Part shown: one piece after another, positions 9,042 through 16,827 of the stretch
Position numbering within the stretch: the stretch's first letter is position 1
Layout: each line of letters opens with the position of its first letter
Source: Chloroflexota bacterium
GTDB lineage: Bacteria; Chloroflexota; UBA11872
Length of the DNA stretch: 64,000 nt
NCBI GenBank assembly: GCA_034422315.1
Contig: DAOUJT010000190.1
Coordinates: forward strand, 1,518 to 65,517
Direction of reading: 5' to 3'
Translations under genes and position numbers: made by a program
Notes under the pieces: generated by a model
What the model was told of the DNA's origin: nothing
The model's database searches: none
What the model saw: the letters and a program-made list of their open reading frames with translations, nothing else

Positions 9042-10727
9042 CTAATAGATGCCGCCCCCCTCCATGTAATCTTCCTCGGGTTTGGTGGCTACCGGAATGG
9101 GCCGGTTCTCACACACGATGGCTTCGGTCGTCAGCGTCATGATGCCTACGCTCACGGCGGCTCGGATGGCCGCAATTTCGATCGCGGCCGGATCGATGAT
9201 GCCCCGCTCATAGAGGTCCGTGTAGTCGCCCACGACGGCGTCCCAACCGTGCCAGTCGGGCAGCTTGCGCACGCGATTGACTGTGACGGAAGGATTGACG
9301 CCCGAGTTGCGGGCGATGCGCCGCATCGGTGCCTCCAAGGCGTCAACCAGGATCCGTGCGCCGACCGCCGCATCTCCGGTGAGTTCGTCGGCGACGTCCT
9401 GTGCCGCTGTCTGCGCGCGAAGCAGCGATGTGCCGCCGCCAGGGACAATGCCTTCGCGCAGGGCCACTTTGACGGCCCCGACGGCATCGTCGGCCTTATC
9501 CTTCAGATGGTTGATTTCCTGCTCGGTGACGCCGCCGACCGCCACGATGCCCACGGCCCCGCCGAGGCGGGCAATGCGGCGCTCGAGTTTCTTGACGAAG
9601 TTCGGGTTGGCCTCTTCCTCCAGCTGCGCGCGCAACTGGTTTTGGCGATCCTGGATGTCGGCCTCGTGGCCGGCGCCTTCCAGGACGACGGTGGCTTCGC
9701 GGTTCGCGACGACACGCTTACAGAAGCCCAGCCACTCCAGCGGGACATCCTGCCAGCGGATACCGAGGCTCTCCGAAACCACGGTGGCGCCGGTGAGTAC
9801 GGCCATGTCTTCCAAGAGCTCGCGCATCTCGTCGCCAAAGGAGGGCGACTGGATGGCCACCACGTTCAGGTTGCCGCGGAGCTTGTTCTGGAGCACAAAC
9901 GTCAGGGCGTCGTGCCTGAGAATATTGGATACCAGGAGCAGGTTGCGGTTATCGCTGGACGCGACCTTATCGAGAATGCTGGTGAGCTGATCGGCGGTTA
10001 CAAGGTCCTGGTCGGTAAGCAGGACCCTGGCATTCTCCAGCGAGCCCTGCATCTTGTGGGTATCGGTGACGAAGTAGGGTGAAATCCAGCCCTTGTCGAT
10101 CTGCATGCCCTCGACGTAGCGCGGTTCGAGGCGTTTGCCCCAGCGGTGGTAGTCGACGGTGACGAGGCCGTCGCGACCGACTCGGCTCATGATTTCGCCG
10201 ACGATTCGGCCGAGTTCGATGTCGTCGCCCGAGATCGTGGCGACATGGCGAATCTCTTCGGCGCTTTCCACGGGCCGGGCCAGGTCGCGCAGGTGCTCAA
10301 TGGCTGCTGCCTGGGCCCGCCATAGACCCTCGCGCAGAAGCATGGCGTTCGCGCCCGCGGCGATGTTGTAGAGGCCCCGGTGCACGATGGCCTGAGCCAG
10401 AACGGTGGCGGTGGTTGTCCCGTCCTCCGTCATGTCGTTGGTCTTGGAAGCTGCTTCCTTCATGATCTGGATGCCCAGATCGAGAAGCACGTTGTTCACC
10501 CGCTCAATCTCGTTGGCGACGGTGACGCCGTCATTCGTGATCTGCGGGGGGCGTAGCGTTCGCGCAAATGCCACGTTCCGGCCACGAGGCCCGAGCGTGG
10601 ACCCTACGGTGTTGGCAACGATATCGATGCCGGCACGCAGCGTCTCGCGGGCCTCGTGACCGAAGCGAACTTCCTTCTTCTCGGGCGGGGGAAGCTTGTC
10701 CCCAATCGTGCCCGGAATATTGGGCAA
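9042..10727 (-). CDS. groEL: chaperonin GroEL (divergent copy)
   Basis: 561 aa, located 10 nt downstream of groES. It has the EDGTTTATVLA ATP loop and AIQSPSFGDEMRELLEDMAVLTG, the equivalent of the canonical AVKAPGFGDRRKAML motif. Confidence 0.9.
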   Translation of the reverse strand: MPNIPGTIGDKLPPPEKKEVRFGHEARETLRAGIDIVANTVGSTLGPRGRNVAFARTLRPPQITNDGVTVANEIERVNNVLLDLGIQIMKEAASKTNDMTEDGTTTATVLAQAIVHRGLYNIAAGANAMLLREGLWRAQAAAIEHLRDLARPVESAEEIRHVATISGDDIELGRIVGEIMSRVGRDGLVTVDYHRWGKRLEPRYVEGMQIDKGWISPYFVTDTHKMQGSLENARVLLTDQDLVTADQLTSILDKVASSDNRNLLLVSNILRHDALTFVLQNKLRGNLNVVAIQSPSFGDEMRELLEDMAVLTGATVVSESLGIRWQDVPLEWLGFCKRVVANREATVVLEGAGHEADIQDRQNQLRAQLEEEANPNFVKKLERRIARLGGAVGIVAVGGVTEQEINHLKDKADDAVGAVKVALREGIVPGGGTSLLRAQTAAQDVADELTGDAAVGARILVDALEAPMRRIARNSGVNPSVTVNRVRKLPDWHGWDAVVGDYTDLYERGIIDPAAIEIAAIRAAVSVGIMTLTTEAIVCENRPIPVATKPEEDYMEGGGIY

Positions 10728-10736
10728 GGCGGCTCG

Positions 10737-11039
10737 CTAGCTGATGATGGCGAGGACGTCGCGCTCGCTGACGATCAGGTAGTCCTCATCGTCCAGGCGC
10801 AACTCGGTTCCCGCGTACTTGGCGTAGAGAACCTTGTCGCCTTCCTTGATTTCGAGCGGGATCGTCGCGCCCTCGTCGTTCACACGACCGGACCCAACAG
10901 CCAGCACGGTGCCTTCCTGCGGCTTTTCCTTGGCCGTGTCGGGCAACACCAGTCCGCTGGCGGTGGTGGTTTCTCGGTCTTCAGGCTGAATCAGCACGCG
11001 GTCGCCCAGCGGCTTGACCTTGGTCGCAACCGTGGCCAT
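10737..11039 (-). CDS. groES: co-chaperonin GroES
   Basis: [18 protein letters not shown]... is a typical GroES N-terminus. I chose the internal ATG at 11039, which is preceded by GGAGGAG. The track ORF extends to 11087. Confidence 0.9.
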   Translation of the reverse strand: MATVATKVKPLGDRVLIQPEDRETTTASGLVLPDTAKEKPQEGTVLAVGSGRVNDEGATIPLEIKEGDKVLYAKYAGTELRLDDEDYLIVSERDVLAIIS

Positions 11040-11269
11040 GCAATCTCCTCCGTGGCAGTCCGACGCCAGATTGAACGTCTGCGTCAAGGATAGGTGGTAG
11101 CTGCCGAGTCGTCAGGGGCAGCAGCAAAACATGATAGCCGATACCATCGCCAGCGCCGTATGGGACGCTGACGTTCGGCCAGCCGATGGTACCCTACCGC
11201 CACTCCCGCCGCACTGGGTTCGCTTAGGATGCGGCCGACTCACGTGTCACCCGCACCCGGGGAGTTGGT

Positions 11270-12499
11270 GTGACCGCTACTCATGAGGCCGCAGCCGCTT
11301 CGAGACCGTTTGACTTATTGATCCGCGGTGGAACCGTCATTGATCCTGAGGCGGGATCTTCCGCCAGGGCCGACGTTGGGGTGACGGGCGGCCGCATCGC
11401 GGCCGTCGGCCTGGACTTGCACAGGGACGCCGACGAGATTGTGGACGCTCGCGGCGCCTATGTCGTCCCCGGCCTCGTCGACTTTCACGTGCACGTGTAC
11501 TGGGGCGCCACGATCTGGGGCCTTGAGGCCGACAAGATTGGCGCAGCCGGTGGGACGACCTCGTTCCTCGACACAGGAAGCGCCGGGGCCATCACGCTGG
11601 CGGGGATGCGCCGCTATGTGATCGAACCGGCCCGCACTCGCATTCGAGCGCTCGTGCACATTTGCACGGCCGGACTGATCACGACCCTCGGCGAGTTGCG
11701 CGACCCGCGTTACCTGGACATCGCGGGGACCGTACGCGCAATCGATGAGAATCGAGACATCGCGCCTGGGGTGAAGATTCGGTACTCGGAGAACATCGTT
11801 GGCGAAGGCGCCCAGGCCAAGGCCGCGCTTGACGCCGCGGTGGAAGCCGCGAGACTGGCGGGAGTCTGGCTGATGGTCCATATCGGCTACACCCCGGAAG
11901 CGATTCCCGATGTGCTTGACCGGCTACGGCCAGGCGACGTCGTCACGCACAGCTACACGCCGTTGGCAGGTGGGCTGGTGGACATGGGCGCTCGGCAGAT
12001 GCTGCCAGCGGTTCGCGCGGCGCGGGACCAGGGCATCGAGTTTGACATCGGGCATGGCAAGAGCAGCTTCGGCTGGCACACGGCCCGGGTCGCGCTGGAC
12101 GCGGGCTTTCCGCCGGATTACATCAGTTCAGACCTGCACCGCGGTTGCGTGCACGGCCCGGCATTCAGCCTGCCCAACGTGATGACCAAGTTCTGGCTGC
12201 TGGGGATGCCTCTGGAGGACATCGTGGCGCGCTGCACGATTGCGCCAGCCAGAAAACTGGGCCTTGCCGCCGGCACGCTGCGCGTGGGCGATGAGGCCGA
12301 CATCGCGGTGCTGGCGGTTGACGAGGGTCCGACCACCCTGGTGGATTGCACAGGCGAGGAGCGAACCTGGGACCGCGAGTTGCGGGCCTCGCACACATTC
12401 CGCGCGGGGGTGCGGCTGGACCCCGAGATCCTCGGGCGCTCTGAAAAACTGCCGGTCGAGCTGTCGTCGCAGCCAATGACCCGCGACTCAGACGCTTAG
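11270..12499 (+). CDS. amidohydrolase-superfamily metallohydrolase (dihydroorotase/deacetylase-like)
   Basis: 409 aa with metal motif PGLVDFHVHVY and a later HxxY/D pattern typical of TIM-barrel amidohydrolases. Confidence 0.7.
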   Translation: MTATHEAAAASRPFDLLIRGGTVIDPEAGSSARADVGVTGGRIAAVGLDLHRDADEIVDARGAYVVPGLVDFHVHVYWGATIWGLEADKIGAAGGTTSFLDTGSAGAITLAGMRRYVIEPARTRIRALVHICTAGLITTLGELRDPRYLDIAGTVRAIDENRDIAPGVKIRYSENIVGEGAQAKAALDAAVEAARLAGVWLMVHIGYTPEAIPDVLDRLRPGDVVTHSYTPLAGGLVDMGARQMLPAVRAARDQGIEFDIGHGKSSFGWHTARVALDAGFPPDYISSDLHRGCVHGPAFSLPNVMTKFWLLGMPLEDIVARCTIAPARKLGLAAGTLRVGDEADIAVLAVDEGPTTLVDCTGEERTWDRELRASHTFRAGVRLDPEILGRSEKLPVELSSQPMTRDSDA

Positions 12500-12501
12500 A
12501 A

Positions 12502-12714
12502 CTAGTCCTCCAGGTACCGCACCAGCGCCGTAAAGGCGCGGGCCAACTCCAGCCCCTCTTCTTTCTCCATGTGCATAACCAAGCCGCGCTCGAAGAGTTC
12601 CAGCGTGATCGTGCCGTGGGTCGTCTCTTCGGAAATGGCCACGGCGTTGCTCAGGTAGACCTCCTGAAACACGGGCTCGTGCCGGTGGTCGCCGTTCGGT
12701 GACGCGCTCTCCAC
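12502..12714 (-). CDS. hypothetical small protein (70 aa)
   Basis: I trimmed the 152-aa track ORF to a GTG at 12714, which is preceded by GGAAGGGG. The longer version overlaps larA. No family was recognised. Confidence 0.3.
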   Translation of the reverse strand: MESASPNGDHRHEPVFQEVYLSNAVAISEETTHGTITLELFERGLVMHMEKEEGLELARAFTALVRYLED

Positions 12715-12838
12715 GTAATCGCCCCTTCCGCCGCGGCCGTCGCGCCGTAATCGAGAGTCTACTGAGGTTGTCGATACTGCGTCTGCCTGTGGGCACAATG
12801 AGAGTGCCGTCACGCGCTCGGCACTGGTCAGTCGAGGG

Positions 12839-14092
12839 TCAGGCCGCGATGTAGGGAATCGTAAAGGGCCCGCGCGGCAGCACGCAGGCGCGGCCCGCGG
12901 CGCCAACCAGCTCTCGCGTTCGCTGCGCGACGTCACGGCAAGGAAGACAGTGCGCGGCACGGACCTCGTCGTCGGTTAGCCCGTCGGCGCGCAAATGCAC
13001 GGTGGCGGTGTCAAGAACCCGCCCGAAGATCTGGTTCTGCCACTGGTCGCCTCTCACGCGCGGAGCGTCCTGGATGGCCTTGACCATTGAGCCTGGTGTC
13101 TCGTGTTCGCGGAGGATGTGAACGAAGTCGCCGTGTCCAGAGCCTTCGCGGCACTCGGCGGCCATGACGATGTGTCCGCCGGAACGAACGATCTGCGCCG
13201 CGGCATCCATGCCCTTCACGGCCTGGTAGAGGTTGAGGTCCAGCGGGTGGCCGCCGTTGGTGGTGACAACGACGTCGTAAGCCTCATCGACCGGCTGCAT
13301 CGCCGCCTGAAGCGCCACCTGGCATCCGGCGTCATGAGCCGCCTCCAAGTTGCCGGCAAAGATGCCGGTGATCGCGCCGTCGCCCGCGATCGTGACGTTG
13401 AGACTGAACTCGCATCCCGCCAGGCGTGCCGCTTCTCGCTGCTCGCGGTGGATCGGATTGCCCGCCAGCGTGCCCCAGCGAGCGTTGGAGTGACCGATCA
13501 TGTCGGCATCGTGGTTACGCAAGATGCTCGCTTCGCCCGCGACACCGGGCAGGATGAGCTTGGCCCCACCGCTGAAACCGGCAAAAAAGTGCGGTTCGAT
13601 GAGTCCGAGGGTGATACGAACGTCGGCGTCGAGGTAACGGCGGTTGATTAGCACGGGACGCCCCGACGAGGTCCGGCCTATTTCCCGCAAGCGTGACGCG
13701 TCGTGAGCGTCGTGATTGGAGATCCGCAGGTGACGGCGCAAGTCAGGGCCGAGCATGCGGTCGAGTTCGTCGTCTCGGGTGGGTCGATGCAGGCCAGTCG
13801 CCACCAGCACGTGCATGCGACTGGCCGCGTTGGCGCCCAACTCGCCCAGTAGCGCTTCCAGCATCAGCCGGTTCGGCGCCGGCCGGGTGCTGTCGCTGAT
13901 CACGACGACAATGGAACTGTCCGGCGGAACCAGATCGGCCAGCGGCGGGCTGGCGATCGGGCAGCGGAGCGCCTGGCGCAGCTCCTGATCCGGATTGGCG
14001 ACGCGAGGCGGGTCGCGCGGTTCAATGACATCGGCGTCCACGTCAAGGTCAATAGGCAAAACGCCGTCGCCGTAGGCCAGATCTACGCGCAT
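12839..14092 (-). CDS. larA: LarA-family nickel-pincer-dependent 2-hydroxyacid racemase/epimerase (DUF2088)
   Basis: Motifs DSTRPAPN and EPHFFAGFSGGAK (NPN-tethering Lys region). The start was moved to the ATG at 14092 (MRVDLAYGDG...), because the longer ORF overlaps the xerD region. Confidence 0.75.
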   Translation of the reverse strand: MRVDLAYGDGVLPIDLDVDADVIEPRDPPRVANPDQELRQALRCPIASPPLADLVPPDSSIVVVISDSTRPAPNRLMLEALLGELGANAASRMHVLVATGLHRPTRDDELDRMLGPDLRRHLRISNHDAHDASRLREIGRTSSGRPVLINRRYLDADVRITLGLIEPHFFAGFSGGAKLILPGVAGEASILRNHDADMIGHSNARWGTLAGNPIHREQREAARLAGCEFSLNVTIAGDGAITGIFAGNLEAAHDAGCQVALQAAMQPVDEAYDVVVTTNGGHPLDLNLYQAVKGMDAAAQIVRSGGHIVMAAECREGSGHGDFVHILREHETPGSMVKAIQDAPRVRGDQWQNQIFGRVLDTATVHLRADGLTDDEVRAAHCLPCRDVAQRTRELVGAAGRACVLPRGPFTIPYIAA

Positions 14093-14272
14093 ACCGGGGG
14101 GCTCGAAAATTGCGTCTGAGTCTAGACGAGAATCCGCGTTTTGACCGGCTTTCGTGTTAACATAACGGTCCCCATCCGCACGGTGTGCGCGGCGGGAGGT
14201 GGCCAAATCCAAGCAAACGCCGCCCGTCGCCAGGGAGTACGACGTCGAAATGCTTGTTACTCGGCCGTGGCG

Positions 14273-15169
14273 ATGATGCGCGCCACCGTGGACGATTTCG
14301 TCCAGCATCTGCAGACCGAGCGCGGCCTGTCCAAGAATACGCTGGCGGCATACCGGAGCGACCTACGGCAGTTTGAGGCGTTTGCGCGACAGGCCGGCCA
14401 TAGCGGCTGGAATGTTCCGCCGCAGGTCGTTCGTTCGTTTATGACCGACCTCATTCAGCGCGAGTACCGGCAGACGTCGCGTGCGCGCAAGCTGGCGGCA
14501 GTAAAGGCGCTGTATCGCTATCTGCTCGCTTCGGATGTTGTGGCCACCGACCCAACGGCCGGAATGGACGGCGCCCGCGTGACAAGGCGTCGCCCCCGAA
14601 TCATCACCACCGCTGAAGTCGAGCGCCTGCTGGAACAGGCGGCCGACGCCTCCACGCCCGAGCGAATGCGCGACCGCGCGATGCTGGAAGCCTTGTACGC
14701 CACCGGGATGCGCGTGTCCGAACTTGTGGGGCTGGACGTGGAAGACGTGGACTGCTGGGAACGGGCGATCGTGTTGGGGCGGGATAGCGCCAGCGCCCGC
14801 ACCGTGCCCCTGACCGAGCGGTCGGCCGAGGCGCTGCTGGCCTACCTGACTAACGGTCGTGAGAAGCTCCTTCGTCGTGTCGACGAGCCGGCGGTGTTTC
14901 TGAATCACCGCGGCAGCCGGCTGACCCGTCAGGGCTTTTGGCTGATCGTCAAGGCCTACGCCCAGCGCTCGAACATCGAGACGCCAATCACCCCGCACAC
15001 CTTGCGGCACTCCTTCGCTGCCCATCGTCTGCAGGGGGACAGCAGCGTGCGCGAGGTGCAAAAGCTGCTGGGCCACGCCAGCCCGGCGACCACGCAGGTC
15101 TACGCTGAACTGGCGCGGGAGAATCGGTCGCAGTCGCCAGGCGGAACGGGAGCCGGGCGCCCGGCGTGA
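14273..15169 (+). CDS. xerD: tyrosine site-specific recombinase XerD/XerC
   Basis: MMRATVDDFVQHLQTERGLSKNTL is an N-terminal SAM-like domain. Catalytic motifs are RDRAMLEALYATGMRVSEL, HTLRHSFAAH and LLGHASPATTQVY. Confidence 0.85.
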   Translation: MMRATVDDFVQHLQTERGLSKNTLAAYRSDLRQFEAFARQAGHSGWNVPPQVVRSFMTDLIQREYRQTSRARKLAAVKALYRYLLASDVVATDPTAGMDGARVTRRRPRIITTAEVERLLEQAADASTPERMRDRAMLEALYATGMRVSELVGLDVEDVDCWERAIVLGRDSASARTVPLTERSAEALLAYLTNGREKLLRRVDEPAVFLNHRGSRLTRQGFWLIVKAYAQRSNIETPITPHTLRHSFAAHRLQGDSSVREVQKLLGHASPATTQVYAELARENRSQSPGGTGAGRPA

Positions 15170-15993
15170 CAGAAGCCGCTCGTGGCGCCGAGGTTCTGCG
15201 GGCGGCCGGCGGCGCCGCCTCGCCGCAATGGGCGGTTGTATGTGGAAGTGGGCTTTCGGGGCTTGTGGAGGCCTTTGACCTGCGCCTGTCGATGGACTAC
15301 GCCAACGTACCGGGATTCCCGATCGCCACGACCGTCGGACACCCAGGCCACCTGCACCTTGCGGCAGCACATGGTGTGCCGGTGTGGGTCTGCCAGGGGC
15401 GTCCGCACTTCTACGAGCACGGCGACATGCCGACGATAGCCACATTCGTTCGTGTGCTGCTGGCCGCGGGCGTCACCCGCCTGCTGCTAACGAACGCAGC
15501 GGGAGCGCTTAATCCGGCTTATCGGACCGGTGACGTGATGGTGTTAACCGACCACTTGTTCCTGCCCGGTCTGGCGGGACACCACCCGCTGGTGGGGCCA
15601 AACGATCCGTGCGGCGAGCGTTTTCCGGCGATGGCTGACGCATACGACGCCACGCTGCGAGCTGTGTTGTCGGAGGAGTTGACTCGGGCCGGCCTCACGG
15701 TTCGCGAGGGTGTCTATGCCATGGTCGCCGGGCCGTCGTATGAGACATCGGCGGAGACGGATTTGCTGCGTCAACTTGGGGCGGATGCGGTCGGAATGTC
15801 CACGGCGCCTGAGGTCGTGGTCGCGCGCCACGCGGGAGCCACGATCGGGGCGGTGGCCACGATCACCAACGTGGCCGGAGTTGGGAAGTCGGGTGACGAG
15901 GGACATTCGACGGTTGTTGACATGGCGTCGACGGCAGCGCCGTTCGTTGGCGCGGCCCTGGCAACGGTTATTCGGCAGTTGGACGCGGGTTAG
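15166..15993 (+). CDS. punA: purine nucleoside phosphorylase (trimeric PNP family)
   Basis: Motifs CGSGLSGL, GPSYETSAE and GMSTAPEV. It overlaps the xerD stop by 4 nt. Confidence 0.85.
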   Translation: MTEAARGAEVLRAAGGAASPQWAVVCGSGLSGLVEAFDLRLSMDYANVPGFPIATTVGHPGHLHLAAAHGVPVWVCQGRPHFYEHGDMPTIATFVRVLLAAGVTRLLLTNAAGALNPAYRTGDVMVLTDHLFLPGLAGHHPLVGPNDPCGERFPAMADAYDATLRAVLSEELTRAGLTVREGVYAMVAGPSYETSAETDLLRQLGADAVGMSTAPEVVVARHAGATIGAVATITNVAGVGKSGDEGHSTVVDMASTAAPFVGAALATVIRQLDAG

Positions 15994-16694
15994 GTGGCGC
16001 GCAGACGCAGCAAGTGGCGGAGGAAACGGAGGCCTTCCAGAGTGGACGCCTTGCTGATGGCTCGCGTACGGCGGTCAAACGTATAGGGCACGTCCACCAC
16101 GCGGTGGGCTTGGCTGCGGACGAGGATTTCGAGAAGGATTTTGAAGCCGACCGGCTGCAGGGTCGCGCCGGCAAGAATGCTGCGGCGAAACGCGAAGAAG
16201 CCGCTGAGGGGGTCGGTGGTTCGTCGCGCAACCGGCAGCATGATGCGAGCCACGCGGGATGATTCCCGGCTCACAAGCCGCCGCCAGAGTCCGCCGAGAC
16301 CGAGTTCGCGTCCACCATGCACGTAACGGCTGGCGACGACAATGTCGGCGCCGGCCTCTAGGGCGGCGATGAGGTCTGGCACAACGTTGGGCGGATGTTG
16401 CAGGTCGCCGTCCATCACAACGACGATCTCCTCAGTCACATCGCTGAGGGACTCGACGACTGCGCACGCCAAGCCTCGCCGACTTGAACTGTGGTTGAGG
16501 CTCACGTTCGAATTTTCGCGGACCAAGTCCCGGATCTCATGGGTTGTGCCGTCGGTGCTGTCGTCGGCAAACACGATGCGAAACGGCGCGCCGGCAAGCG
16601 CGACGGTCACCTGCTCCACCAACGGGCCAGGGTTTCCGCGCTCGTTGAAGGTCGGCACAATCACGGCAACCGTGGGCGCGTTGTCAGGTGGCAT
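15990..16694 (-). CDS. GT2 glycosyltransferase, polyprenol-phosphate mannose synthase-like
   Basis: Motifs VIVPTFNERGN, FADDSTDGT and VMDGDLQHPP, which together form a Dpm1-like DxD arrangement. Confidence 0.8.
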   Translation of the reverse strand: MPPDNAPTVAVIVPTFNERGNPGPLVEQVTVALAGAPFRIVFADDSTDGTTHEIRDLVRENSNVSLNHSSSRRGLACAVVESLSDVTEEIVVVMDGDLQHPPNVVPDLIAALEAGADIVVASRYVHGGRELGLGGLWRRLVSRESSRVARIMLPVARRTTDPLSGFFAFRRSILAGATLQPVGFKILLEILVRSQAHRVVDVPYTFDRRTRAISKASTLEGLRFLRHLLRLRAT

Positions 16695-16827
16695 GCAATC
16701 GGTGCGGAAGTCCGCAGCGGGCGGACGCGGGCGAGCCTAGCATCGTCGTTGACAGAGCACGGACCGACCGTAGACTGAAACTGCGACCCACGTTGCGGCT
16801 GATCGTATCCCCACACACGCCGTAGTC

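Noticed and set aside
11040-11269. Search for a CIRCE (TTAGCACTC-N9-GAGTGCTAA) operator upstream of groES
   Set aside because: No acceptable match. Only a weak imperfect inverted repeat (ACGCCAGA...TCTGCGTC) is present, so no operator was called.
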